64,000 nucleotides of DNA from Felis catus (Eukaryota), in contig NC_058368.1 in assembly GCF_018350175.1 (NCBI RefSeq), positions 144,400,001-144,464,000 on the forward strand, read 5' to 3'. Below are positions 1 through 13,819 of this stretch, one piece after another (the first letter of the stretch is position 1; every line of letters starts with the position of its first letter). The notes under the pieces are model-generated. The model was not told where the DNA came from, did not search any database, and saw only the letters and a program-made list of their open reading frames with translations. The position numbers and the translations under genes are program-made.

Positions 1-1009
1 GTCCCTGAGTTTTTCACAGCACTTACAACCTGGCTTCTCATATCCATGTGTTTTTTGTTTCTAAGTATATGATCTTGCACGAAGGCTCTCCATTCTGTTT
101 CCCACCCATTTATTATTCCTGCTTGTTAAATGTCTTCCCCGCATTTGGCAGACATATTTCTAATTCCTTCTTTAGTTTATTTCTTACAGTGGCCCTCACA
201 ATGACCCCTGGACCCAGAAGTCATTATAGTCTCCCCAAGCTGAGGAGTGGTTGGTTGCTACAGTTTTGAGTCACTCACATTTTAGCCCCCTGGTTCCCAG
301 CCTTTTGGAGTTAGAATATGATACCATTTGATTGATTCCATAATCCCTTCAGAAATATTAACACAGTGAAATTCTCTCGAATGTCTCAAAACAGAGTTTA
401 TTGGAATTTACTATCTAAATTTTAAAAAGAACAATACTTTTTAAATAGTGTTTGACTACTCAATAGGATTTTGAATGTTTCATAATCTTTCTAACAAGAT
501 TTTCAAGGTAGTGCTATAACCTTACTGGCAGGCCAGCAAGAAAAGGAGATGGATCCAGGAAGAATCCCATGCCTGAGGGAGCTGCAGGGACCAGCAATCA
601 CTGGTAATGTCCAGATGGATATTTCGGGCCATCTCTGGCTTGGCCAGACCAGCGTCAGCATTTAAGCAGGTATGGGCTCCAGGAGCAGTGTGTCCCAGGC
701 AGTGGCAGTACACAGGGTCTGGAAGGTGACAATGTGGATTATTGCAAGGTAGATTCTTGATATCAGCTGGCCAGCCAGTTTGCAAGAGGCCTGCTCCAAG
801 TTTGGGAGAAGGCCAGCACTGCTGAACTGCATTTCCAGATGAGGCCCATTCCTAATCAGGTTACTGAAGGGAAAGTTGTGGCAGAGTCCCAGTCATGAAG
901 ACTGTACAGATGCCATGAAGATTGTCAGGAAAAATGCAGTTGATTGGGTACATACTCCAGATACCAAACTTACGGGTACAATTCTAATGTCCTCCAGATA
1001 CTAACTTCA

Positions 1010-1875
1010 TTTCCTTTCGATACATACCCAGCACTAGAATTGCTGGATCATGTGGTAGTTCTGTTTTTAATTTTTTTTTAAGTTGATTTATTTACTTTGG
1101 GAGAGAGCATGTAAGTGCAGGCTTGAGTGGGGAAGGGGCAGAGAGAGGGGGAGAGAAAGAATCCCAAGCGGACTCTGTACTGTCCGCATGGAGCTGGGCT
1201 CAAAATCATGAAGTATGAGATCATGACCTGAGCTGAAATCAAGACTCAGATGCCTAACTGATTGAGTTACCCAGGCGTCCCTCTGTTTTTAATATTTTGA
1301 GAAACCTCCGTACTGTTTTGCATAACGGCTGTACCAGCTTATATTCCTACCAATAGCGTACAAGAGTTCACTTTTCCCTACGTCCTCACCAATGCTTGTT
1401 ATTACTCATCTTTTTTATAATAACCATTTTAACAGGTATAAAGTGATACCTTATTGTAGTTTTCATTTCTGTTTCCCTGATGATTACAGTCAATTTTAGA
1501 ACATTATCATTACTCTAAAAAAGAAACCTGTACCCATTAGCAGTCTCTCTTCTTTCCTCTCCAAAATCCTTAGTTCTAGATAGCCATTAATCTGCTTTCT
1601 GTCACTACAGATTTTCCTCTTTTGGACATTTAATATGAATGGAATCATACCATATATGGAATCTTTTGTATCTGGCTTTCATTTAACATATTGTTTTCAA
1701 CGTTCATTCATGTGGTAGCATGCAACAGTATCTTATTCTTTTTTATTATTGAAAACCATTTTGCTTTATACTACATTTTATTTATTCATCAGCTGATGCA
1801 TATTTGGGTCGTTTCCATTCTTTGGCTTTATGAGTAATTCTGCTATGAATGTTCATGTACAGTTTTTATGTAGTA
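1010..1875 (-). mobile_element. Old L1 3' fragments (L1MA/L1MB-like), split by a SINE
   Basis: Antisense L1 motifs 'gaattgctggatcatgtggtagttctgtttttaa', 'aatggaatcatac', 'tgctatgaatgttcatgtac'. Confidence 0.75.
1072..1281 (-). mobile_element. Can-SINE
   Basis: tRNA-like head, (GA) region, T-tail; TSD TCTGTTTTTAAT. Confidence 0.9.
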
Positions 1876-1885
1876 AGACAGAATT

Positions 1886-2108
1886 TTTTAATGTAATTTT
1901 TTTTAACTTTTTTATTTTTTTCGTAAGAGAGAGAGAGCCCGAAAGCCCATGTGAGCAGGGGAGGAGCAGAGAGGGAGGGAGAATCCCAAGCAAGCTCCAT
2001 GCTCAGCATAGAGCTCAACACAGGGCTCAGTCCCAGGAACCATGAGATCATGACCCGAGCCGAAATCAGAAGTCAGACACTCAACCTAGTGAGCCACCCA
2101 GGTGCCCC
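1886..2108 (-). mobile_element. Can-SINE
   Basis: 'gagatcatgacccgagccgaaatc...gagccacccaggtgcccc'. Confidence 0.9.
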
Positions 2109-2789
2109 AACACAGGATTGTCTTTTTAAAGCCCCCCAACCAGAAAATTCTCATGTGCAGTCAGGTTGGCGAGCCACTAGTCTCGGTGATTACAGTTGAC
2201 TAAATGATATTTTTCATTGGATTGAGAAGTATATGCTCCCTCTCTCCTTGTGGCATATACTGTAGACTCCCCAATAAGTGTTTGTTGAAAGAGAAGGAAA
2301 AACCAAACCCTTCCAGATTAGAAACTCAAGGAAAAGACTCTTTTCACAATCGAGGCACATTTTACTAAGGGGTCAAGATCCATAAGAAAGTATACTATAT
2401 CTTAAAATCTTAAAAAAAAAAATTATTCTGGCAGTTCATTTAAGTTTGAGCCTGTTGTCATGGTTGTAGTGGTAATGGGGCTGGTGAAACCGTGCCCACT
2501 GCATGAATTCCAGAGTAAAGGCTAGATTGAAATCCAATGTGGTACACAAATTAATGTTGACCTTTACTAAGTTCCAAGATCAATATTAATTACTGCTGCG
2601 GTATGTAATTATAAAAGTGCTGTTTGATGTTTCACACCAAGGATATGGGTAGAGAGAGAAAGGAGCTTGAATTAATACCATCTGTGGTTTCTAACTTTAT
2701 AATTGAGGTGAATTCCTCTTTGGAACATTGTGCAGTTAGTATATATGATTATTGTTAGGTTTATTATGCCCCAAGATGTATTACCATTA

Positions 2790-2913
2790 CAAGGATATCC
2801 TTTCTGGTTTGGTTCGGACAGTATTGGTCTATACCTTTTTCCCGGCATAGTTATTAAAAGTCTCTTTCACTCAAAAATGTCCTGTTTGGGATAATACGTT
2901 ATATGGTTATCCC
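2790..2913 (-). mobile_element. hAT-Blackjack MITE (MER94-like)
   Basis: 'cccggcatagttattaa...ctttcactc..aaaatgtcc.gtttgg...ttatatggttatcc' aligns to the recalled MER94 reverse complement. Confidence 0.55.
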
Positions 2914-3394
2914 AGTTATAGATCTTGCTTCATGGGCACACTTACTGACTTGATAGATTTTGATTATCATCTTTAAAAAATCCACTTTTTTCTTCCCATT
3001 GTATGAACTGATGTTTTGTCCCGAAGGCCCTCCAGTTTTGTGTTTTTTTTTTTTTCTGTTCATAATAAATGATTTGTATTGTGGCATTTAGAAAATGTGA
3101 CTGTCTGCTAATTGGCATGTTAGATATTTGTTCCCTAATCTGTTTTGGGACTACATTCCTGAAGTCATCTGCCTTGTGTCCATGAAATCATGGTGAAGAA
3201 TGTGCACCTACATGACTTCATAAGACACACAGCAGGGCTCTCTTCTTGCAGAAATAATTATTGAGCTTGGAAGGAAGAATCCTTTCTCTGGTTGTTTTGT
3301 CCTTTGCTCAGATTCTCTCTTCATTGCCTTTGACTATATTGGTTTTTTTCTGGACATTCAGAACAGTTTATTTCTATATCAGAAATATTACATA

Positions 3395-3650
3395 ACAACC
3401 GGTACAACCACTCTGGAAAACAGTATGGAGGTTCCTCAAAAAATTAAAAATTGAACTACCCTATGACCCAGCAATTGCACTAGTGGGTATTTATCCAAGG
3501 GATACAGGTATGCTGTTTCCAAGGGACCCCAGTGTTTATGCACCCCAGTATTTATAGCAACATTATCAACAATAGCCAAAGTATGGAAAGAGCCCAAATG
3601 TCCATCGGTGGATGAATGGATAAAGAAGATGTGGTGTGTGTATATATGTG

Positions 3651-3700
<50 letters not shown>

Positions 3701-4074
3701 GGAGTATTACTCAGCAATCAAAAAGAATGAAATCTTGCCATTTGCAACTACATGGATGGAACTAGAGGGTGTTATGCTAAGCAAAATTAGTCAGAGAAAG
3801 ACAAATATCATATGATTTCACTCATATGAGGACTTTAAGATACAGATGAACATAAAGGAAGGGAAGCAAAAATAATATAGAAACAGGGAGGGAGACAGAA
3901 CATAAGAGACTCTTAAATATAGAGAACAAACAGAGGATTGCTGGATGGGTTGTGGGAGAGGAATGGGCTAAATGGGTAAAGGGCAATAATGAATCTACTC
4001 CTGAAATCATTGTTGTACCATGTGGTAACTAACTTGGATATTAATTAAAAAAAAATAAATTACAGAAAAAAAAA
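3395..4074 (+). mobile_element. 5'-truncated carnivore L1 (ORF2 C-terminus, 3' UTR, A-tail) with internal (TA)n
   Basis: TSD AGAAATATT(A/G)CATA at 3381-3394 and 4075-4088; (TA)n at ~3655-3698. Confidence 0.9.
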
Positions 4075-4449
4075 AGAAATATTGCATAGTATTTTGCTTC
4101 CTTTATCTTAAACCTTCCTTCCCTGAAGCTCCCTCACTGGATCACGGCTGTCCCACCCTTTACGAGAATCACCTCAGGAACTTTTCAAATGCATATTTCT
4201 AGGCTCCACTCTCCTTGTACTGAATCTGAATCTCTAAGGTTGGGACACGGATTGGTCAGTCATTGTTAATTTCTGCCTCCTGTCTTCTCCATTTTCTGTC
4301 CCCTTTTCCTTTCTCACCTCTCCCCACACATTAGTAATCTTGTCTCCAAAGCCATTTGCTAAAAATCTTATTCCTTAGATCACAATCCCTTTCCAAGTTT
4401 CTGTCTGATTTGGTAGGTGTGGCTTAGGGTCCAGGGAATGTAATTATTT

Positions 4450-5960
4450 TTTAAATAAACTTTATTTTTTAGAGCAGTTTTAGGCTCACAGCAAAATTGA
4501 GCAGATAATACAGAGTTCCTCTATACTCTGTGCCCCCACACAAGCACTGCCTCCCCCATTATCAACATCCCCCACCAGAGTGGCATATGTGTTATAATCG
4601 ATGACCCTACATTGGCACTTCATTTTCACTTAAACCTCATGTGTATACATTAGGGTTCGCTCTTGGTGTTGTATACTCTGCGTTTGGACCAATGCATAAT
4701 GACGTGTATCTAGCATTGTAGTATGCACGACAGTTTCACTGCCCTAAAAATCCTCTGTGCTTTGCCTATTCTACACTTCCTCACCTCCAGTCCCTAGAAA
4801 CCACTAATCTTTTTACTGTATCTATAAGTTTTGCCTTTCCCAGAATGTTACATAGTTGAGATCATATAGCCTTTACAGATAGGCTTTTCTCTCTTAGTAA
4901 TATGTATTTAAATTTTTTCCATGTTTTTCACAGCTTGACAATTCATTTCGTTTTAGCACCAAATAATATTCCAGTATCTGGGTATGCCATAGTTTTTATC
5001 CATTCACCTGCTGAAGGATACCATGTTTCCAAATTTTGCCAACTATGAATAAAGCTGCTATAAACATCCACATCCAGGTTTTTGTGTGGACATAGTTTTA
5101 AGTTCATTTGGATAACTGCCACAGTGCAATTGCTGGATCGCATGGTAAGAGTATATTTAGTTTCAACTGCCAAACTGTCTTTCAAAGCGGTAGAGCCATT
5201 TTGCATTCCTCCCAGCATTGAATTGGAGTTCCTCTTAGTTCCCGTCCTCACTGACATTTGATGTTGTCACTATTTTGGATCTGGGCCATTCTGATAAGCA
5301 TTTAGTAGTATCTCATTGGTTTTTTTGTTTGTTTTTAAGTTTATTTTTGAGAGAGAGAGCGCACGCATGAGTTGGGGAGGGGCAGATAGAGAGATGGAGA
5401 GAGAGAATCCCAAGCATGGCTCAAACCTGACCTGAGCCAAAATCTAGAGTCTGGGACGCTTAACAGCCTAAACCACCAGATGCCCCTCATTGTTTAATTT
5501 GCAGTTTTCCTGATGACAGGATGCTGCTCATCTTTTCGTATGCTTATATGCCACGTGTATATCTTTGGGGAGGTATCTGCTCAGTCCTTCTGCTCATTTT
5601 TTAATTGGGTTGTTCGTTTTTTTGTTGAGTTTTAAGTGTTCTTTGCATGTTTTGGATAATAGCCCTTTATCAGATTTGTCTTTTGCAAATACGCTGTCCC
5701 AGTCTATCACTTGTCTTCTCCTTCTCTTGATTATGTCTTTTGCAGAACAGGAGTTTTTAATTTTAATGAAGTCCAGCTTATCAGTTGTTTTTCTCATGGA
5801 TGGTGCCTTTGGTGTTAGGTCTGAAAAGTCATTGGCATACTAAGATCATCTAGATTTTCTCTTATTTTCTGGGAGATTTATAGCTTTGCATTTACATCAC
5901 GTTTATGATCCTTCTGAGTTAATTTTTGTAAAGGGTGTAAGACCTATATCTAGATTCATT
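4450..5960 (-). mobile_element. Old L1 (L1MB/L1MC-like) 3' end and ORF2 fragment
   Basis: 'tttagagcagttttaggctcacagcaaaattgagcaga' 3' terminus; minus-strand ORF fragments KTTDKLDFIKIKN and KGLLSKTCKE are L1 ORF2. Confidence 0.85.
5320..5486 (-). mobile_element. Can-SINE (internally deleted)
   Basis: (GA) region and head remnant; flanked by CTCATTG. Confidence 0.8.
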
Positions 5961-5969
5961 TAAAAAACA

Positions 5970-6173
5970 TTTTTTTAATGTTTATTTATTTTTGGGATAG
6001 AGCACGTGCAAGCGAGGGAGGGTCAGAGAGAGAGGGAGACACAGAATCCAAAGCAGACTCCAGGCTTGGAGCTGTCAGCACAGAGCCCAACACGGGGCTC
6101 AAACCCACAAACCATGAGATCATGACCTGATCCGAAGTCAGACGCTTAACCAACTGAGCCACTCAGGCAACCC
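5970..6173 (-). mobile_element. Can-SINE (feline type)
   Basis: 'gagctgtcagcacagagccc'; flanked by GATTCATTT. Confidence 0.9.
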
Positions 6174-9100
6174 TGGATTCATTTTTTTAGATAGACTTTA
6201 TTTTTAGGCAGTTTTTGTTTCACAGAAAAATTAAGCAGAAAGTACATAGAGAAAACTTTAAAGAAAAAGAATTGAGTTCTGAAAAGCATGGCCATAATGC
6301 CTTCAAATTCTTATCAGAAGAAGCCACTTCTGCAGATAACAGTGAGCCTTTAATTTCTCCAAACTCTTTGTATTTCTTTTTAACAGACTATCAGGCAAAA
6401 GAAGACATTTAAAGTTGTATTTTTGTATTGTGAGACTTAAAAGAATATCTATAAAGAGCATGTGCAATACCTCAAACTGTCCTTAAGCTTTTTGTCATAA
6501 TGGTATTTTAATAATATTCTAAATATTTTATTCAAATAATAATAACAGTTAATAATATTCTAAATAATCAAACCAATGTATAGCATAATTAGGAAAGGAG
6601 ATAATGAAAATATTCCCAAGCACCGTCTCTGTTTCAAGACCTTGAGCACTACGGTTTTCCAGCAGTCAGTGGCTTTGGTATTAGTACACAAGCTAGGTTC
6701 TCAAATGTTCTTTTTTTGCAAGTACAAAAAACCATGATGGCCTTAGTCAGAAATTAACCTAAGAATTAATGGACACTTTTTAAACAACAGATAAACAGGT
6801 CCCTATGTGAATCAATGCTGGTCACTTGTTGGCCGTAGTGTAACTTACACTTGCAGTGTTAATGCTCCTAGAACAGTCACTCCTATGTCAGGTAGAGACC
6901 TTAGAGTGAGGTCTGAATCAAAAAGTTTTTGAGTTCATGTTCTCTCTCAGTGACAAAATGCAATTCCTTATTTATAGGAAGGAGCAAGTTGAAAATTTTA
7001 ACTTTAATACAGAGATAAGTACCAGGGATTGCAAGGCATCTGATTTAAATATAAACATATAAACATATATTTATTAGTGGTAGGTGAGTGTAGGTAGCCA
7101 ATTTTAAGGCACCTCATTATATTCAGGTAATTCATTTACTAGCACCAAAACAGAAGAAATAAAACGTTACATAAATGCCCAACCACAGTTAAGACCTTCT
7201 GAAATTAAAATGATCCCTTCAGAATAGCAATGTTTCATAGACTTACTGATCTGTGCATAAATGAATAAATGTAATTTAGTTAATAGTGGTAGACTCAAGT
7301 TGCAAGAGCAGAAAGACACTTGAGGAAACATTGAAACTGCAACAGAAACAGCGTAACCTGAGCTAACAGAAGATGATAAGTTGGAATAATTTTCAGAACA
7401 CAGCATATACAGTTCTCTTTTGTTTATCATTTCATCAGCTGTGGGCTTTCGTTTTTCCCTACTTGGCGGCTGTTCCACCATTACAGGGAATCAGCTTCTT
7501 TCTGTCTTTGTTTCTGTTACTTTTGACTTCCTTTCTGTTCTGTTTTCTCTCTGTTCCCTGGCCTCTGATTTTCCATCACTTATACTTATTGCCTTCTCTC
7601 CAGGGGTGTCCTCATTTCTGTCCCCACTACCAATTTCTTCCTTTGTTCTTCAGCTGTCCCAAGGAGGCTGACCTGATTGGCTCAGTTTGTCATGATTATT
7701 CCTGTTGGGTAGTTCTTGTCTTGGACCACCTCATAGGCTGCTGACTAGCCTGAAAAGTAGCAACCCTTGGATCAAGCAACTACTCTGTGCGGTCATTTCT
7801 GTCTGGGATGGCAGCTTCACTTTACTCAGAAGGAGCTACAAGCTTGGTGGCAACTTTGATGGCAGTACAGGTGATTGATCTGGTTTCATGAAAGTGCTGA
7901 AGGTTTGTACAATATATAAATACGTGGGGCTTCCTAGAAATAAAGGACTTGACTGGTTCATCCTAGCTGGAGCAGTATATTCACATATGCATCTGAATTA
8001 GTGAAATACCTGAATTACATACAGAACGTTTTTCACAATCTATAGATTCAGTAACATCATAAATTTGAAAGGGAGATTGTTAACTGGAACAAAGATAAAA
8101 AATTTGGGTTGGTAAAGAGAAATAAGAGAAGTGCTTTCTCATTACCATGTTATAAACTTGATGAATTCTTAGTGTTTACATGAATAAAGTCTTTCAATGA
8201 TGAGTCTAGAGTTAGTGTTAAAATGTATATAAAGTGATATGGAAATTTTTACAGTTTTGGGGGAATGGAATAAAACTAGATACTACTGGGGCTAAGTATA
8301 CTAATGATAATGACAGATCCTTATAATCCCAAATTGTTTAGGATTAAACCTGTTGAGTTGTTAAACAAATCCTGATGGGACACAAATAGGTGAGTCTTTA
8401 CTTCTTAGCAAATAAAAATTCTCTTAAATCCCACAACTGGGAAAATGTTATAATGGTCCAGTACTTTTTGGTTTTTAGCTGAGTTCTAAATTCCCTTGTT
8501 AAAACATAGATGTGCAAGTTGATCTAGAAGATGTGACATATACAGTTTATTTGTTGGCTACATTAAACAGATTGAGCAGATTATCCTTGAACTTTTAACT
8601 AAATGTCTAGATGAAAAAGAGTATATTCCTGTCGTAGGGATGGAAGCACTTGCTGGTGTTCATATTCCCCCACAGTAAAGAAGTGAGAAGATTTAATCAA
8701 CTCTGGACTATCACACTTAATGAACCAAGATTCTTGTACACATGGCTGTGTGAATTAATGATTAAAATGTCCATTGAATGTGTCTATCCTTTCTTTCTCC
8801 ATTTCCTCATGTGTTTCCCTTTTTTCTCTTTTAGTGACTAATTCATGACTACTTAAGTGATGTCCTTTGCTCCTGCCTGTACTTATCACCCTTACATGCC
8901 ACCTACCATTCCTCTACCTTTTCTTATTATCTCAGATCTGTGATGTTTGCTTTCCTAAAATACCTTTCTTCATGGCTTGCCAGTGACTGAACATGCTGAG
9001 TGACTTACAGATTTGGGGTTGAAAGGAGACTTTGGAATTCACCCACTGAATCTTGGTTGCCTCGGCGTGTGGTGTGTGTGTTTTATCACTGAGTATCATT

Positions 9101-9412
9101 TTTGCCAAGAGGAATATCCAAATGGGAACAGGAAGGGCCATCATCGTTCGCGACATCTAGTATTCATTGTAGTAGGAGGAAAGGATAATTGTTCACTCAG
9201 CTCAAGATTTCTACCTGAAATGATGATATGCAGAAATAGCACTAAAAAGCCTTCACTTTGGCTCCAAAGGCAATCTTCTAATTATGACTTGCCTGATCAT
9301 TAATTGAAATATGAATGTGATGTGCATACAATTAAGGCTCCATGGGTCACTTCAAAGAGCCCTGGACAGAGTTAACAGACTAGTTCTGGTGCTGGCCCTA
9401 CCATTTAGTATC

Positions 9413-9616
9413 TTTTTTTTTTTTTTTAATGTTTATTTTTGAGACAGAGCATGAACAGGCGAGGGCCAGAGAGAGAGGGAGACACAGAATCTGAAGCAGG
9501 CTCCAGGCTCTGAGCTGCCAGCACAGAGCCTGACGCGGGGCTCGAACTCACGGACCGTGAGATCATGACCTGAGCCGAAGTCAGATGCTTAACCAACTGA
9601 GCCACCCAGGCGCCCC
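9413..9616 (-). mobile_element. Can-SINE (feline type, young)
   Basis: CpG-rich; TSD ACCATTTAG(T/A)ATCTTTT. Confidence 0.92.
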
Positions 9617-10210
9617 ACCATTTAGAATCTTTTAAAAAGTCACGTACAATATAAAAATCTCAACAACTCGCAAGAAAAACAAACCTCAATATGGCTCAAG
9701 TGTTAGACTTATCAGACAATGACTTTAAAACAGCTATTATAGCCTAGCTTCAAGAAGTAAGAGAGAATACTCTTGAAATGAATGGAAAGGTAGAAATTCT
9801 CTGTAGAGAAATAGAAGCTATAAGAAAGAACCATGGGGGCAGTAGGGAATGGGGAGTTGTTTAATGGGTATAGAGTTTCAGTTTTGCAAGATGAAAAGAG
9901 TTCTGAAGATTGACTGCACAACAATGTGAATGTATTTAACACTACTCACCTATGCACTTAAAAATGCATATTTCTAAGTAAAAATAAAGCCTATTTCAGA
10001 GGAGAGGGGACCAAATGGAAATGTACAAACTGAAAACTGCAATAATTGTGAAAAAATTCAGTAGATGGGCTCAGTTGTAGAATGGAAATGATACAGGAAA
10101 GAGTCAGTGAACTTAACCAATATCAACATGTATTATCCAATTTGAGTGACAGAGAAAAAAATTATCAGAGTCTCATGTACTTATGGAACAGTATCAAAGG
10201 TATAACATAC

Positions 10211-10806
10211 CTGAGGTCAAAAAATTAAAAATAGAACTATCATGTGCAATCCAGGAATCGCACTACTGGATATTTACCCAAACAATAGGAAAACACTAGT
10301 TCAAAGCAATATATGCATCTCTGTGTTTATTGCAGCATTATTTGCAATCGTCAAACTATGGAAACAGTCCAACTGTCCATCAACAGATGAATGGACAAAG
10401 TATATGTGGTGTATATATACAATGGAGGAGTATTCAGCCATAAAAAAGAATGAAATCTTGCCATTTGCAACAACACGGATGGATCTAGAGAGTATAATGC
10501 TAAGTGAAATGAGTCAATCAGAGAAAGACATACCATATGATTTCATTCATGTGGAATTTAAGAAACAAAACCAACAAAGGTGGGGGGAAAAGAACACCCA
10601 AAAAAGACTGAACTATAGAGAACAAACAGATGGTTACCAGAGGGGAGATGGGTCGGCGGGGATGGGTAAAATAGGTGAAGGGGATTAAGAGTATACTTAT
10701 CCTGATGAGCACTGAGTAATATATAGAACTGTTGAATTACTGTATTGTACACCTGAAACTAATATAACACTGTGTGTTAACTACACTGGAATTTAAAAAA
10801 AGAGAA
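10211..10806 (+). mobile_element. 5'-truncated carnivore L1 inserted into the ancient L1
   Basis: TSD AAAGGTATAAC(A/G)TAC at 10196-10210 and 10807-10821; ORF 10242-10688 is L1 ORF2 C-terminus (FIAALFAI..CPSTDEW). Confidence 0.9.
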
Positions 10807-11447
10807 AAAGGTATAACGTACATGTGTTTGGAGTCCCAGAAAGAGAGGAGAAAGAGATTGGTGCAGATAAATATTATGAGAAATATAGGATGACCTGTCA
10901 AAAACATGATTATAAAGATTCAAGAAGTTCCATAAATCCCAAAGAAAGTAAACTGAAATAAACAAAAAACTGTCTAGATGCATTGTAATCAAACTGCTTC
11001 AAATTAAAGAAAAACTTGGAAAAAGAAAAATGGCACACTACGTATACAAGCAAAATGATCAAAATATCATGAGTTGCTCAGCAGAAATCATGGAGATAGA
11101 AAGCAATGGAACAACTTAGAAAATGTTTTAAATGCTGAAAGAGAAGAAACATCAACCCTGATTTCTATATTCTGTGAAAATATTCAATGATGAAGGCAAA
11201 ATAAAGTCTCAGATAAAGGGAAATTAAGAGAATTTATTGCCAATACACCTGCCCTAAAAGAAATGCTAGAGGAAGTTCTTCAGGTCTAAGGGAAATAATA
11301 CCAGAGGGAAACTTGAAACTTTAGGAGTAAAGGAAGAGCACCAGAAATAGGAAATATATGGGTAAATACAACACTGTACTACTCCTCTTGAGTAGAACTT
11401 TAAGTAGTTCTACTCTTGTGTAGTTCTTTAAAATATGTACAACGGTT

Positions 11448-11621
11448 GGGGTGCCTGAGTGACTCGGTTAAGCATCCGACTTCAGCTCAGGTCATGATCT
11501 CACGGTTTGTGAGTTTGAGCCCCACATCAAGCTCTGTGCTGACAGCACTGAGCCTGCATCGGATTCTCTGTCTCCCTCTCTATCTCCCCGCTCACGTGGT
11601 CTCTCAAATAAATAAATGTTT
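11448..11621 (+). mobile_element. Can-SINE
   Basis: TSD AAAATATGTA(C/T)AA(C/T)GGTT. Confidence 0.9.
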
Positions 11622-12437
11622 AAAATATGTATAATGGTTGCAATAAACAATATGACATTAAATGGCAGGATTTTCAGTGTACATAAATGCAATACATTTA
11701 TGTATAATTACATAATGTAATTATATAATGTAAATAGATAATTACAACATAAAGTGTGTAATGTAGCCTATAAGATTGAAAGTTTCCTAGATTTTATTTA
11801 GAATAATAAAATATTAATAAGTGGATTATCAAAGTTAAGTATATTTTAATCTTTAGAGCAATCATTACAAATATTATGCAAAGTATATAGTATAAAAAGC
11901 CAAAAGATAAGTTAAAATAGTAAACTAAAAGATACTCAGTCCAGAAGAAACCAGAAAAGGAGAAACTGAGATATGAAGAAAAAGGGACAAACTGAAAAAA
12001 ATAATAAACTGTTAAGTCCAACCATATCAGCAATTACATTAAATGGAAATGTTCTGTAAAACCAGTTAAAATACAGTGTCATTTTAGTTAAAAATAAAGA
12101 TCCAATTATATACTATCTGTAAGAAGTCCACTTTGAATAATACAAATAGGTAGAAAGTAGAAGGATGGAAGAAGATACATATGAAAAAACTAATAACCAA
12201 AATAAATCTGGAGTGGCCATATTAATTAGACAAAATAGACTTCAGAACAAGGAAAATGAACAAGTATAAAGAAGTAAATTACATAATAACAAAATTGTCA
12301 ATTCACTAAGAAGACATAACAATCCTGAACTGTATACAGCTAGCAACAGAGCTTCAAAATATATAAAACAAAAACTGATAGAATTGAAAGGAGAAAATAG
12401 ATAAATCCACAATTACAAATGGAGACTTCAACATTCT

Positions 12438-12928
12438 CTTTCAACAATAGCCAAATTATGGAAAGAGCCTAAATGTCCATCAACTGATGAATGGATAAAG
12501 AAATTGTGGTTTATACACACAATGGAGTACTACATGGCAATGAGAAAGAATGAAATATGGCCCTTTGTAGCAACATGGATGGAACTTGAGGGTGTTATGC
12601 TAAGTGAAATAAGTCCTACAGAGAAAGACAGATGCCATATGTTTTCACTCTTATGTGGATCCTGAGAAACTTAACAGAAGACCATGAGGGAGGGGAAGGG
12701 GAAAAAAAAGTTAGAGAGGAAGGGAGCCAAACCATAAGAGACTCTTAAAAACTGAGAATAAACTGAGGGTTGATGGGGGGGTGGGAGGGAGGAAAGGGTG
12801 GGTGATGGGCATCGAGGAGGACACCTGTTGGGATGAGCACTGAGTGTTGTATGGAAACCAATTTGACAATTTCATATTAAAAAAATAGATTAATAAACTT
12901 TAAAAATAATAAAAATAAAAAATAAAAC
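12438..12928 (+). mobile_element. Young feline L1 3' end
   Basis: Near-identical to the reverse complement of 61480-61925; A-rich tail at ~12879-12928; no clear TSD. Confidence 0.9.
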
Positions 12929-13819
12929 ACATTATCAAGTACATCAGTTTACAGATTAATAGACTTAAAACCAGGAAATTCTGAACAGGAGGCAGCATGG
13001 ATGAACCTTGGGGACATTATGTTAAATGATATAAGCCAGTTCAAAAGAAAAATACTCTATGATTCCACTTACGTGAGTTACCTAAAGCATTCACATTCAT
13101 AGAGAAGGTAGAATGGTGTTTTGACGGATGGGAGTAATGGCAACTTGATACGTTATGTGTGCCCTATTCAAACTCATTTTGAGTTCTGTAGAGAACAAAA
13201 AAAGTTTACTAACTTTCAGAAAAGTCATACATGATTTCTTTAAATATGTTGCCATAGAAGTTTATTAATCACGAAGTAAATTAAAGTAAGCTCTAAGTGC
13301 AAAAGCTTGTTTTAAATGCTTCTGCAAAGTCGTAGGCAACAATGAAAGCAATGTTTCCTCCCATAATTAATCGCAGAGAAGTCACAGTTACGTAATTGTC
13401 CCGTTTTTTATCCTGAAGATACAGGAGTGGAATGTGAAAGAAAGAATGCTCTGAGAGAATTGCTTTGCAAGGACTTTATCAGGCAGGCTGTGTCCTGGAA
13501 GGACTAAGGAGAGCTTTAGGTAGGGTTTTCCCCCAGTATAAATGAGCTTCTCAACAACAAAATGTATCCTTTTTTCAACTAGGCCATGAACTATGAAAGA
13601 TTAGGCTATTGTGCTTGTGTCAGAACTATCCCTTGAGCCAGCCTAATTCTAGATTAGAAAAAGAACATGAGGGGTTGTAAGGCAGTTAAAAATCCTTTCT
13701 GTGCCCAGAAGGGCTTAGAGCTGAAGGGAAAAGGGGATGGAGCCCAGGAAATGGGATTTTTTATGGCTGTTTTAAGTTGTTTTTAATATGGTTGCATTGT
13801 TTATTGAAAAAAATTTTAA

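Larger units (their letters stand above)
9690..12440 (+). mobile_element. Ancient L1 ORF1 to ORF2 endonuclease region, interrupted by younger inserts
   Basis: ORF1-like 'gactttaaaacagctattata', 'ggagtcccagaaagagagg', 'aaagaaatgctagaggaagttcttcagg'; EN-like 'caattacattaaat', 'ggagacttcaac'. Contains an L1 3' tail at ~9835-9990. Confidence 0.75.

Noticed and set aside
520..960. GC-richer, coding-looking stretch
   Set aside because: Stops in the frames I examined and no recognisable protein; possibly an old LTR relic, but I cannot assign it.
6072..6090. TCAGCAC motifs resembling RE1 left halves (many copies)
   Set aside because: Part of the Can-SINE consensus and lacking the GGACAG right half.
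1..9400. Terminal exons of MSH3, the expected upstream neighbour by recalled human synteny
   Set aside because: No MSH3-like peptide recognised. The acceptor-like site near 6386 and ORF 6215-6412 match nothing I know.
10242..10688. 148-aa ORF (also 61700-62059, 55989-56288, 63767-63961, 30440-30643)
   Set aside because: Fragments of L1 ORF2 in truncated elements, not host genes.
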